A stretch of 64,000 nt of DNA from positions 240,303-304,302 of the forward strand of contig CAVPRW010000010.1 of NCBI GenBank assembly GCA_963707985.1, read 5' to 3'. Positions 20,430-31,598 of the stretch are shown in pieces (position 1 is the first letter of the stretch; each line of letters begins with the position of its first letter). The DNA is from an uncultured Nitrospinota bacterium (GTDB lineage: Bacteria > Tectomicrobia > Entotheonellia > J063 > CAVPRW01). The position numbers and the translations under genes were made by a program. The notes under the pieces were generated by a model. That model was not told where the DNA came from. It searched no databases and was given only the letters and a program-made list of their open reading frames with translations.

Positions 20430-20910
20430 TCACTTCCGCGCCAGTGGCGCTCTGATGGGATCGCCGAACACGTCGATGATGAAGCGGTCCACGCCTTTGA
20501 AAAAGGCTTCCGCTAATCCTGCGATTGAGACGAACACCTGATCTGGAGCCGCTTGTGGGTTGTAGATGACTTCTGGGTCCGATTGATCGACATACCCGAT
20601 CTCCCGGCATTTGCCTTCGCGGCTCAGCCGTGACATGACGCTATAGTTGTGGAGCATGCCGCACCGTGCCCCATAGAGATCAAGCCCTGTGAGCTGTTCC
20701 TGACAGGGGAAATGCAGATATTGCTCAGCCCAGCGGATGAAGGCAGCACGGGTGACATCCTGCTGGCCCTCCGGCAGACTGAGGAAGGCCATGGCATCGA
20801 TCCACGCGTAAATCAGGATGACGGCAGAGCGATAACATTGCTGCTCAAGTAGCACCTCTATGCCCTGCTTGATCCCGACATGAATGACGTTTGAGATCGA
20901 TGCCTGCGGA
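20430..20910 (-). CDS. Hypothetical protein (160 aa)
   Basis: Start MSEVPQ with AGGAG SD; contains ARCGMLHN (R-x4-H); otherwise unassignable. Confidence 0.35.
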
Positions 20911-21087
20911 ACCTCGCTCATGAGCCATACACTCCTGGGAATGCTCCTCGCTCCACTGTGGTCGGCTGCACTCCACACCGAAGTCCGGTTGTGGTAACGC
21001 GGTTTGGAAGGGCTGTGCTGGACCACGTTCGCGCCCATTCGTGACGCCTGCCGCGAGACGGGGCGCTGACCCACCTCTGTGTAACGT

Positions 21088-21516
21088 TTATGGGGCCTCG
21101 CTGGCTGCCCGGCGAGGATTAGGGACCGCGTCGATGATCTGGTCAAACGTGCAGGCCCGCCCTTGAAACCCGTATATTTCGTTCACAAAGTGGTGGTAGG
21201 CAGGGTCCCTGGCCTCCAGACTCTTGAAGGCTTCGGCGACGGTGTGGAGCACGAGATAAGCGTCCTGCCGCCAAATCCGTAAGGGAAGCAGATTGAGCTT
21301 GAGGTGGGTGGACTGTCTGGTCTGAGGATCGAGCACCTGGTGAAATTTCAGATCGCCGTAGCCTGCCTGGAGAGCCGGTGGGGACACAAACTGCAGCGTC
21401 TCGAGCGTCTCCTGAACAATCTGGCCTTCCCAGAGATGGCTATGAGCAAGGACATCACGGATGACAAAGACCTCTCTGATCGCCTGGGTGAGTGGAGACT
21501 CCGGGGTCACCTCCAA
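21088..21516 (-). CDS. Hypothetical protein with HEPN-like R-D-x-x-A-H motif (IRDVLAHSH); TTG start
   Basis: 142 aa; motif resembles the Abi_2/HEPN R-[ND]-x-x-A-H signature. Confidence 0.35.
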   Translation of the reverse strand: MEVTPESPLTQAIREVFVIRDVLAHSHLWEGQIVQETLETLQFVSPPALQAGYGDLKFHQVLDPQTRQSTHLKLNLLPLRIWRQDAYLVLHTVAEAFKSLEARDPAYHHFVNEIYGFQGRACTFDQIIDAVPNPRRAASEAP

Positions 21517-21869
21517 GAAATACCCCAGCGCAGACTTCCGGCCCTGTCGCGTTCATGGTAACGGACCCAGGCAATCCCTGACTCGAACACCAGCGCGGCC
21601 AGGACGATGATCGCAGCCGAATACCCGTTCTCGTTCCGGCTGGTTTGTACGTCATTTGGAGCTTTGGCGGGCTCAGCCATCAAGGTTTCGACAACCCTCA
21701 CCAAGGGTTGGATCAAGGCAGGGCCAATCGGTGAAATATAGCCGAACGGCGTCTCGACCATACGATTCGTCTCCTCCTCCAGGCTTTGCTGATCAATCAC
21801 CGGCCACGGGCGGCGCAGGGGTAGGGGCACGGGAGCCCCGCTCGACGGCCTCATGGCAGGGTCGGACAC
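21507..21869 (-). CDS. Hypothetical protein with one hydrophobic (TM-like) segment; may be the frameshifted N-terminal part of the downstream gene
   Basis: 120 aa; NENGYSAAIIVLAALVFESGIAWV segment; 10-nt overlap with next ORF in a different frame. Confidence 0.3.
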   Translation of the reverse strand: MSDPAMRPSSGAPVPLPLRRPWPVIDQQSLEEETNRMVETPFGYISPIGPALIQPLVRVVETLMAEPAKAPNDVQTSRNENGYSAAIIVLAALVFESGIAWVRYHERDRAGSLRWGISWR

Positions 21870-22045
21870 CCCGCTCCTCCGCCTATAGGCGCACCTCCAC
21901 CCCAGCGCGCACCGGCATCTCGAAACACCAGCGGAGATGTCAGGGTCGCCAGCGCGTTCGGCGTTCTCGCCGGGCCGGTTCCTGATTGACGTAGATGCGA
22001 AGCTTTTCCGTGGGCGGCACGGATCAGTCGATCAGCTGAGTTGCC

Positions 22046-23261
22046 TCACTCGCACAAACACCACACGTGGAAGATATCAATAGGCGTCGCTTGGCCCTTG
22101 CGATCGGGCCACTGAAAGGTCCGCTCATGACGGCTCAGAAAAACAGCTTCGGCGGCCGGTGTTGAGCAGGCCCCTTTCATGGTTGTCCGTGCCGGTAGCT
22201 GCTGGGTCTGGAGAGTGGACATGCGCGGAGCTTCGGACATCGCAGGCAGCAAAGACTGTTCGATGGTGCGGCCGTTGCGGGCGTAAGCGAGCATCATGGC
22301 CTCCTGCATGGCCCACGCGTAGTCGCCGCGTACGAAGCGGATGAGGCCATCGTCACAGTATTTGCTGCCTGCAGGGTGCGCAGCGTCCACTGGCTTGGCT
22401 TCGATGAACAGGCCCTCGTGTTCGGAGAGCACCGAGCGTGGCTCGGTCTCGTCGTTTCGGAGTTTGAAAAAGAGGTCGGGGGCTTTGTTGAGGCTCTTGC
22501 CGTCGTAGTTGGCCCACTGGGCTTGACGGCTGACGAATTCGAAGTTGCGCTTGTCGAAACCCGGCACCTCGCCGCTCTGGCGGAGGTTGTTCTCAATCGT
22601 GCTGCGGAGTGCGGCGGTGACTCGGTCTTCGTGAGCGGCGGCGAGGTTGAATTGCTGTTCGCGCAGCAGCTCGAATGCGCGGAGCACCACGCGGCGGATG
22701 AGGAGCAGGACCGGAAGGCCAAGGCGCGGATGAGGGAGGTGATAACGCTCCGGCTGGAACGCCGAGCGTGAAGAAGCCCGCTGTGTCCGACGTGCTCATG
22801 CGTGCTCCGGCGAGACCACACTCGCCCAGTCGTTCGCGGATGATGTGTTGTGCGCAGAGCCGAGCACGCGTGACAGTCCACCACCGGCGCTGATTGAGCA
22901 GGCCGAGCAGCAGGCCGCGCTTGCGCGGCGCGTGCACAATGATGCGGCTGCAGCCGCGCTGGTTGGCCGCTTCCATCGCTTTTCGCATCAGGCTGGGATT
23001 GACCGACACCGAGTCCGCCTCGCGCGAGACGGCCAGGAAGAACCACGGTTCCCGCCATGTGTCGGGCTGAAACTCCGCCTCGCGCACCGCGACGTGTTCG
23101 CCGCAGACATCGAAATACGGTTCCAAGTGCTTCGCGCAGCGTTTGCACGAAATCGGCGCGTGTGTCGCGAGTCGTGCGGTCGAGCGCGGCCTTGCCGGCT
23201 TTGCGATACGAGGCGGCGGCGAAGAGCGTGTCCTCGGCGACCTGCACCGCATCCGCATCAA
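22046..23261 (-). pseudogene. PD-(D/E)xK nuclease-like gene, split across two frames (frameshift near 22.6-22.7 kb)
   Basis: ...KAPDLFFKLRNDETEPRSVLSEHEGLFIEAKP = PD...(D/E)xK core in frame ending 22690; protein-like N-terminal part in frame ending 23261. Confidence 0.4.
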
Positions 23262-25990
23262 GCCCGTAGAGTCGGAAGATGAACTCGTTTATTTCTCGCC
23301 ACGGCTTGCTCGCGTCGTGCTGAAGTCGCTGCGCAAGGCTGCGGATGGTGGTCTTGGTCTTGGTGGGAATCTTGGCAATGTGCGGGGAACGGCAGGGCGT
23401 CGAAGTCCTGCTTTGTGAACATCATGCGGTCGGCTCCCTGCGACACACTGACCATCAGGGCAAAGTATCGGAAGAGAGTGCTGTGCGCCAAAAGGAAGAT
23501 GAGCGAGGCAAGCGTCTGCTCTTCGGGATGCCCGGCGCACGAGTAGCCATAGTAGCTTTGCGAAAATGCCACAGCTTGAGTCGGATAGATAGGCCTTTGG
23601 GGAGCATGGGTCGTCGCCTGGGGCCTGTGGAATGATGACGAGCGGCGGTTGATAGAGTTCCTCGCGACGCGGCATGTGAGCGCTACTTTGGCCTCTGGCG
23701 TTCTTGCCGAATAACTCCCCGTATGTCGTCGTGGCCGCGGTGAATCCGAACAAGACGGCTCACGTCGGTGCCTCGAAAGACTGGTAGACTCGCCAAGGAA
23801 ATCTACGAACTTCTGAGCCAGATTGGGAGAGCGATTGTACCCTTGCCCAGTCTTGGCACCGTCCGCGTCCCACTCAGCCCAGCGGGCTCCAAGGGTCTTG
23901 TGGTCGATGTTCGACAGTGCCTCCATCACCTCCACATCCAGCCACGTCCCGAGCGATAGTGTCTTGAGCAGCCACGGCTGTTTCTCGACACGAGCGACGC
24001 TGATAGGATGTCGCGGCTTCGTAATCAATGCGGAAGCGTCCGTCGTCCGTTGAGTTCGGGTTCGTGAATGGGCGCAGCGTAGTGGAAGCGATGTTCTGGC
24101 GCGGGCTTTGCGTTGCGTGCAAAGAACACGCAGAAGGGCATCTTCACGTCCTTCCAGACCGACGACCACCGCAGATCCGCTCCGTTGATAAGTCCCGTCA
24201 CTTCGACGCTACGCAGCACGGCACGCCATGCCTCGAAGCCTTTACCAGAGGTGCGCCCGAAAAGCCGCGCGGGCATGGCAAGAGCGATGACGCCGCCGTC
24301 TTTCGCCCACTCCATCGCTCGCCAGAGGAATGGCAGGTCGGGATTCTTGTCGGGATTCTGGAAGCGCTTTGCCAAGTCATCCAAGCCGCGCGCAGTCAGC
24401 ACTCGGCGGCCAATCGCGGTGAACGCTTTGTTCAGTGCATCGGTGGCGGACTTGCTCGCCTTTGTATCCGCAGCATTGCCGTCTTTATCCTTGTCGTCGC
24501 GCAGTCGCGTCCACGGCGGATTGCCGATGACGATGTCGAACGTCTTGTCGAAGTCCGGCGAGACTTCTGGGCCGAGACTGCCCAGCGGGAATGCCTGCTT
24601 CCCTTGAGACTCTGCGCCACCAAAACGGTAGAGCACTTCGCCGCGGAGATTGCGCGGGAACTTGAGTGCCTGCGGCGGACGTGGGCTGGCATTGAGTTCG
24701 ATGGCAGTGATGTAGAGCGCGAGCGCCGCGAGTCGCAGAGCGGACTCGCTGATGTCGAAGCCACGCACCTGCTTGTAGAGAATGTTCTGTATGACCGCCG
24801 TCTTGGGTCGTTCGTCGTCTTGCAGCCAACGCTCGCGGACGAGGCGACGGAACGCGAGCACGAGGAAAATCCCCGCGCCGCACGAGCTATCGAGCACCTG
24901 TGCGCCAGCCTTGTCTTTCGTGGCGGCGAAGGCCTCCTCGACCATCAGTCCGGCGATGGTGCGCGGCGTGTAGTGGACACTGGTGTCCCGAGCCGTGCGC
25001 GGGTCGGCACGATGACTGAAGCTCTCATACACCTGACTGAGCACGCCAACTGGGATGTGCGCGAAATCGAGGTCGCCCCAATCGAGTTCGGTTTGGACAG
25101 TATCTCCAACGGCACTCCAGCCATGGAGAATCGCCTGGAGATGGGTGAAGATTTTCTTTCCCGACCAGATGCTCGGTGCGCTTGAAGAAACGAAGATACG
25201 CTGCCTCACGCGCATCGCGGCTATCGGCAGGAATGGATTCGTCGATGAGCGGGAGGAAGTCACCGTTGAAGGTCACGTCGAGCCACGCGGAGGTCTGCGC
25301 AGCTTTCTCCGCTGTGGAGAAGGCGTCTTTGAGTTCGTTCGCAGCCGAGCAGATGTCGTCGCGCTCGTGTTCCAGCACGATGCGCCGGTCTATGAGGAAG
25401 CGGAAGAATAGCGCGCGGCCCGCCATCGACAGGACTTCGAGCGCGTCCAACCGTCCCTTGCCGTCTTTGGGGACGAACTCGTTCGTCGTTTGTGTGAGTA
25501 GGTCGAAGATTTTGTGGAAGACGTAGTCCGTGCCGCGAAGCCGATGATTTTCCTCAAAGGTGCCATGCACAAGGCTCTGGAAGAACAACGGCGCCGTCGG
25601 GCTACGTTCATCGATCGTCTTCACAGGCCGCTGTATCGGCAGCCTCGTGGAACCCGATGGGGAAGATTTCCAACGAACCGGGCGCACGACACCCAGCCAC
25701 GCTGGGTCGCTGCGGTTTGCGAGCCGACGCCGCACAACGGCGAGCGAGGTTGCGTCGCTCTTCACATCGCCACTCGCGTCCACGAGATAGAGTAGCGCGG
25801 TCCCTTGATGCTCGGCGACTGCCGTGAGAGCGGGCGCGTGGTTGCTCTGCTTGGGCAACAGGTCGAGGTAATCGAGCTGCACAGGGGCAGAGAGCTTTTC
25901 GTCGAGCCGTATGACGCTCGTGCAGCCATAGGCAAGCAGCCGGTCAGCGAATGGACGATCCTCAACCATGTTGGGGTCTGTCATATTCAT
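23258..25990 (-). pseudogene. MmeI-like Type IIG restriction-modification enzyme (N-terminal nuclease-like domain + gamma-class N6-adenine MTase with NPPW) disrupted by at least three frameshifts and a stop
   Basis: Frames: 25990-25025 (LLYLVDASGDVK nuclease-like), 25263-24025 (SLDWGDLDFAHIPVGVLSQVYESF...HYTP...DSSCGAGIFL...IVIGNPPW), 24169-23258 and 23753-23289 carry further protein-like segments. Confidence 0.5.
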
Positions 25991-26332
25991 TTGCTGCCAG
26001 TCAAAGGTGCCTCATTCAGCCGAGTGGTTTCGGCAGTTTGATCGGCGACATACCTCTCCGCTGCGTCACGCACGACCCACGCCAATGAGACCTTTTTCTG
26101 TTTGGCGATCTCTTCCAGAATCCTATACAGCTCCGGCGGAAAGCTGACGGACGCACGTAGCGAGGCCGCGCTCGGTGTCTTGCTGTCGTTTTCCTGTTTT
26201 CTTCTCGCCTTCATGTGCAGTGCCCCCGGCTTTCAACTGTGCACCACCTTACACCATATTGGTGTACTTGCAAACTATATATTTTGGCGCACTCGTAGTG
26301 TCACGCGCTCCGTGGGCTCCGGCGTCCACTTT

Positions 26333-27162
26333 GGTTCTGTCGCAATTTTTATTTAAGGCGATTTGAGGTATGATCTCCCGCTGTCATCGAGGGTGCCATG
26401 AGAGGGGGAGAGGCAATGCCGGTGAGCTTCAAAGGGGCCCATTTCCCGCAGGATATCATTCTGATGGGTGTACGGTGGTATGTGGCGTACCCGTTGAGCG
26501 ATCGGCATGTGGAGGAACTCATGGAAGAGCGCGGGGTGCTGCTCGACCATGCAACCATCCAGCGCTGGGTCGTGAAGTACAGTGCTCAGTTGGAAGAGGC
26601 ATTCCACCGCCGCAAGCGCCCGGTCGGGCGCCGCTGGCGCATGGACGAGACCTACATTCGGGTCAAAGGCGAGTGGCGGTATTTGTATCGAGCGGTGGAT
26701 AAGTCCGGGCAAACCATTGACTTTCTCCTCACGGAGCACCGAGATACCGAGGCCGCGCTACGCTTTCTGATGCAAGCGATCCACCGTCACGGGGTCCCCG
26801 AGACAATCACCATTGATGGGAGCGGGGCGAATGAAGCGGCCATCAAGCGCTACAATGAGGAGCACGGCACCCACATCATCATCCGGCAGGTGAAATATTT
26901 GAATAATATCGTGGAACAGGACCATCGAGCGGTCAAACGGGTGACGCGTCCCATGCTGGGGTTCAAAGCGTTCGAGGCCGCACAGGCGACGTTGTCCGGG
27001 ATCGAGCTCATGCCCATGCTCAAGAAACGGCAGCTGATGGTTGAGGCAGGAGACGAGGGCCTCACGGCGGCCGAACAGTTCTACTCCCTCGCAGCATAAT
27101 CCCCACACGGACGGGGGCCACTGCCCCTGCACAGCCCCCTGAGCAAAATTTGCGACAGAGCC
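26333..27162 (+). mobile_element. IS6-family insertion sequence with 17-bp terminal inverted repeats GG(T/C)TCTGTCGCAA(A)TTTT; no flanking direct repeat
   Basis: ggttctgtcgcaatttt (26333-26349) vs reverse complement of aaaatttgcgacagagcc (27145-27162). Confidence 0.8.
26416..27099 (+). CDS. IS6 family (IS26-like) transposase
   Basis: MPVSFKGAHFPQDIIL..VRWY...MDETYIRVKGEWRYLYRAVD..G.TIDF closely parallels Tnp26. Confidence 0.85.
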   Translation: MPVSFKGAHFPQDIILMGVRWYVAYPLSDRHVEELMEERGVLLDHATIQRWVVKYSAQLEEAFHRRKRPVGRRWRMDETYIRVKGEWRYLYRAVDKSGQTIDFLLTEHRDTEAALRFLMQAIHRHGVPETITIDGSGANEAAIKRYNEEHGTHIIIRQVKYLNNIVEQDHRAVKRVTRPMLGFKAFEAAQATLSGIELMPMLKKRQLMVEAGDEGLTAAEQFYSLAA

Positions 27163-27247
27163 CTCCGATTTGTCCGCCCAGATGGACATGTTATAATAAA
27201 AGTTTCGACGTCGTTGACGGGCATATTATCTCTCTGACAGGTGACCT

Positions 27248-29227
27248 ATGAGTACGTACGATATCGGCGGCAAGCCTCCATATACCGCGTGGGAGAACCA
27301 GCAACACCGACCTGTGTCGTTTGACGTTTCCCTATTAACGCAGGACGACCTCTATCTCTTCAATGAGGGCACCCATTATCGGTTATACAACAAGCTCGGA
27401 GCCCATCCGCTCACCGCCAACGGTGCCGACGGCACCTATTTCGCCGTGTGGGCCCCAAACGCTACCCAGGTTTCTGTGATGGGGGAGTTCAATCGCTGGG
27501 ACAAAGCCAGCCATACCTTGCGTTCGCGAGGTGAATCGGGGATTTGGGAGGGTTTCATTCCAGGCGTTGGTCGGGGGACCATCTACAAGTATCACCTGAT
27601 CTCCCGGTACCAGGGGTATCAAGTCGACAAGAGCGACCCCGTGGCGTTTTACTACGAGGTGCCACCCAGAACCGCGTCCATAGTGTGGGACCTGAGTTAC
27701 ACGTGGGGGGATCAGCCGTGGATGGCCACGCGCCATGCCAGAAACGCACTCGCCGCTCCGATGGCCATCTATGAGATGCACCTGGGATCATGGATGCGCG
27801 TGCCCGAAGAGGGAAATCGCTCTTTGACCTACCGTGAGCTAGCGCCCAAACTGGCCGAACACGTCAAGCGCCTGGGCTTTACCCATGTCGAATTTCTGCC
27901 GGTGATGGAACATCCCTTCTATGGTTCCTGGGGCTATCAAACCACCGGCTACTATGCTCCTACCAGCCGCTATGGCACCCCTCAAGACTTGATGTATCTC
28001 ATAGATTATCTGCATCAGCATGAGATTGGGGTGATCCTGGATTGGGTTCCCTCACATTTTCCGACCGACGAGCACGGACTGGGATTTTTCGACGGCACGC
28101 ATCTCTACGAGCATGCCGATATGCGGCAAGGGCTACACCCCGATTGGAATAGCTTCATTTTCAACTACGGACGTAATGAGGTGCAAAGCTTTTTACTGAG
28201 CAGTGGGCTGTTCTGGCTCGAAAAGTATCATGTCGATGGCTTGCGGGTCGATGCCGTTGCCTCCATGCTGTATCTCGACTATTCGCGCCAAGCCGGGGAG
28301 TGGATCCCCAATCCACACGGCGGCCGTGAGAATCTTGGCGCCATCGCCTTTCTGCGTCGCTTCAACGAGTTTGTCTACAAGGATTTCCCCGCCGTGCAGA
28401 CATTTGCCGAGGAATCAACAGCCTGGCCAATGGTGTCAAGACCAACCTACGTTGGCGGCCTGGGATTCGGCGTTAAGTGGGATATGGGGTGGATGCATGA
28501 CACTCTCTCTTATATGACGAAGGACCCTATCTTTCGTCCCTATCATCACAATCTCCTCACCTTCCGCATGCTCTATGCGTTCACAGAGAACTTTATCCTG
28601 CCGTTGTCTCACGATGAAGTTGTGCACGGGAAAGGCTCCCTGCTGGGCAAGATGCCTGGCGATGACTGGCAAAAGTTCGCCAATCTGCGGCTGATGTATG
28701 GCTACATGTACACCCAACCGGGGAAAAAGTTGCTCTTTATGGGGAGCGAGTTCGGCCAGCGGCAGGAATGGAATCACGACGTCAGCCTCGATTGGCACCT
28801 CGGTCAGTACGCCCCACACGCAGGTCTGCAGCGCTGGGTGGAAGACTTGAATCGGCTCTATCGCAGCGAGCCTGCGCTCTACGAGCTCGATAACCACCCG
28901 TCCGGCTTCGAATGGATCGATTGCAATGATGCGCCCGCAAGCGTGGTCAGTTGCCTACGCAAGGGACACTTGACGGATGACCTGATACTCGTCGTCTGTA
29001 ATTTCACCCCCGTCCCCCGCCTCAATTATCGTGTCGGCGCGCCACGTGGCGGGTTCTGGCACGAGGTGCGCAATAGTGATGCGCACGACTACGGCGGCTC
29101 TGGCTATGGCAATATGGGGGGCGTTGAGGCCGCACCGGTCCCCTGCCATGGCCGACCCTATTCGTTGAATCTCACCCTTCCCCCTCTGTCGGTGGTGTTC
29201 TTCAAGCATGAGGAGTCCGGCGCATGA
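27248..29227 (+). CDS. glgB: 1,4-alpha-glucan branching enzyme (GH13), short form
   Basis: [21 protein letters not shown]..., GH13 catalytic blocks (GFDGFRVDAV equivalents), 659 aa. Confidence 0.9.
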   Translation: MSTYDIGGKPPYTAWENQQHRPVSFDVSLLTQDDLYLFNEGTHYRLYNKLGAHPLTANGADGTYFAVWAPNATQVSVMGEFNRWDKASHTLRSRGESGIWEGFIPGVGRGTIYKYHLISRYQGYQVDKSDPVAFYYEVPPRTASIVWDLSYTWGDQPWMATRHARNALAAPMAIYEMHLGSWMRVPEEGNRSLTYRELAPKLAEHVKRLGFTHVEFLPVMEHPFYGSWGYQTTGYYAPTSRYGTPQDLMYLIDYLHQHEIGVILDWVPSHFPTDEHGLGFFDGTHLYEHADMRQGLHPDWNSFIFNYGRNEVQSFLLSSGLFWLEKYHVDGLRVDAVASMLYLDYSRQAGEWIPNPHGGRENLGAIAFLRRFNEFVYKDFPAVQTFAEESTAWPMVSRPTYVGGLGFGVKWDMGWMHDTLSYMTKDPIFRPYHHNLLTFRMLYAFTENFILPLSHDEVVHGKGSLLGKMPGDDWQKFANLRLMYGYMYTQPGKKLLFMGSEFGQRQEWNHDVSLDWHLGQYAPHAGLQRWVEDLNRLYRSEPALYELDNHPSGFEWIDCNDAPASVVSCLRKGHLTDDLILVVCNFTPVPRLNYRVGAPRGGFWHEVRNSDAHDYGGSGYGNMGGVEAAPVPCHGRPYSLNLTLPPLSVVFFKHEESGA

Positions 29228-31105
29228 GAGAGGCCGCTCAGGACGCCCCGGCGACGCGGTATCTGCCATCGACCATCGGCGCCTGGACGGTCGGGGAGGG
29301 GCGCTGCCGATTTCGCGTATGGGCGCCGACAGCACAGTCGGTTGAGGTCCATCTGTTACCTCCAGCCGAGCGCTTCGTCCCCATGGCCGGGCGAAGGCGC
29401 GGCTATTATGAGGTGGTCCTCGACGGTGTTGAGCCTGGAACGTTGTATCGGTATCGCCTCGACGGCACGCTGGAGCGCCCCGATCCGGCGTCGCGCTGCC
29501 AGCCGGAAGATGTCCATGGTCCCTCGCAGGTGGTCGACTCGGATTTCGACTGGGATGACGACGCTTGGTGCGGGATCCCGCTGCGAGACTACATTGTCTA
29601 TGAGCTGCATGTCGGGACCTTTACCCCGGAAGGGACGTTCGAGGCCATCATTCCCTACCTCCCTGAGCTCAGAGCGCTGGGGATCACCGCGGTCGAGCTC
29701 ATGCCCATCGCCCAGTTCCCTGGGCAGCGCAACTGGGGGTATGATGGTGTCTATCCGTTCGCGGTGCAGCACTCGTATGGTGGTCCCGATGGCTTGAAAC
29801 GGCTGGTGCAAGCCTGCCATCAGCACAGTTTAGCAGTGGTCCTCGACGTGGTCTATAACCATCTCGGACCAGACGGGAACTATCTGGGGGACTACGGCCC
29901 CTACTTTACCGAGCGCTACAAAACCCCATGGGGAGGCGCCCTCAACCTCGATGGGCCGTACAGCGATGAAGTGCGTCGTTTTTTCATCGACAATGCCCTC
30001 TTCTGGGTCACCGAGTTCCGCATCGATGCCCTGCGGGTCGACGCCGTCCATGCCATCCTGGACCACTCGGCGCAGCCGTTTCTCCAGGAGCTCGGCTTGG
30101 CGTTGCAGGCACGCGCTGAACACATGAATCGGCGCATTTATGCCATCGCCGAGAGTGCCCTGAACGATACCCGCATCATTCGCCCACGGGAGCTTGGTGG
30201 CTATGGGCTCGACGCCCAATGGAATGATGATTTTCACCACGCCCTGCGCGTATTGCTTACTGGAGATCAGGGTGGCTATTATCAGGATTTCGGGGAGCTC
30301 GGACATCTGGCCAAGGCGTTTCGCGAAGGGTTCGTGTATGCCGGCGATTACTCGACGTATCGGCGGCGGCGGCATGGTAATTCCTCCCAGCACATGCCAG
30401 CGCAGCAGTTCGTGGTCTTCACGCAGAATCACGATCAAGTGGGTAATCGCATGCTCGGTGAGCGCCTGAGTCAGTTGGTCTCTCTGGAAGCGCTCAAGCT
30501 GGCTGCCAGCGCCGTACTGTTGTCCCCTTTCATCCCGCTGCTGTTCATGGGAGAGGAATACGGCGAGGTCGCGCCGTTTCAGTATTTCATCAGCCATCTC
30601 GATGCGCAACTTGTCGACGCGGTGCGTCGGGGCCGGCGCGAGGAGTTCGCCAGCCTTCGCCTGGCACGCTGAACCACCCGATCCACAGGATATCGCAACG
30701 TTCCACCGCTCCAAGCTCAATCATCGCCTGCGCTCTGAGGGGCATCATCGGGCCCTGTTCGAGTTCTATCAGGAGCTGATCCGCCTTCGAAAAGAGCTTC
30801 CTGCTCTGGCACAGTTGAGCAAAGAGCACATGCACGTGGTCGGCTTCGAACGCGAAAAAACCCTCTGCATCCAACGTCGGTGCGATGTGCAGCAGGTATG
30901 GCTGATCCTCCACTTCGGAGGCTCCCCCATGTCGCTTCAACTGCTCTGGGATGCGGGGTTGTGGTACAAGCAGCTTGATTCTGCGGAGGAGCGCTGGGGT
31001 GGGTCGGGGAGCCCTGTCGATCCAGCGCTCGCGTCCGAGGGCGAGGTCACCCTGCATTTAGCTCCCGAAAGCTGCCTGGTGTTTGCGCAGATGACCGAGA
31101 GTTGA
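29224..31105 (+). CDS. treZ: Malto-oligosyltrehalose trehalohydrolase TreZ, interrupted by a +1-bp frameshift near 30651 (EEFAS|[12 protein letters not shown])
   Basis: [11 protein letters not shown]...GTFTPEGTF...[17 protein letters not shown]; C-terminal domain ([17 protein letters not shown]) continues in the +1 frame; ATGA-coupled to glgB. Confidence 0.8.
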
Positions 31106-31207
31106 TTGCGGACCAGTGCTAGTGTATGTTTGAAACCTGCAGCAAAGCCCGACACGGATATCTTTCCACCGCGAACATGGTGATGGCAGAAGAGGAGTGC
31201 AAGCCTC

Positions 31208-31594
31208 ATGGCGGGAAGCAGTGACACCTATCACGAATCGCTCGATAAACTTTCTTCCACAACCCAAGACATGCACCGGGCGCTCGTCTCTCTGCAGGAA
31301 GAATTGGAGGCCGTCGACTGGTATCAACAGCGCGCGGATGCCACAGAAGACGCCGAGCTCAAAGCCATCCTGGTGCATAACATGCGTGAGGAGATCGAAC
31401 ACGCCTCGATGGTCCTGGAGTGGTTGCGACGCAACCATCCGGACTTTTCAACACATCTACGCACCTATCTCTTTCAGGAAAAACCGATTCTTGACATTGA
31501 AGCGGTAGACCGTGCAGCCAATGGCAATGGTGCAGCGAATCCGGGACGACCACAGCGCATGGGACTGACAATCGGGACGATGAAAGGGGAGTAA
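31208..31594 (+). CDS. Encapsulated ferritin-like protein (EncFtn/Flp) with C-terminal encapsulin targeting peptide (GLTIGTMKGE)
   Basis: HESLDKLS...ALVSLQEELEAVDWYQQR...EIEHASMVLEWLRRNHPDF matches EncFtn; GAGGAG SD. Confidence 0.75.
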   Translation: MAGSSDTYHESLDKLSSTTQDMHRALVSLQEELEAVDWYQQRADATEDAELKAILVHNMREEIEHASMVLEWLRRNHPDFSTHLRTYLFQEKPILDIEAVDRAANGNGAANPGRPQRMGLTIGTMKGE

Positions 31595-31598
31595 ATGT

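Noticed and set aside
22294-23247. 317-aa Ser/Ala/Arg/Thr-rich minus-strand ORF
   Set aside because: Low-complexity composition. It overlaps the frames that carry recognisable PD-(D/E)xK and MTase-like segments, so it is an alternative-frame artefact.
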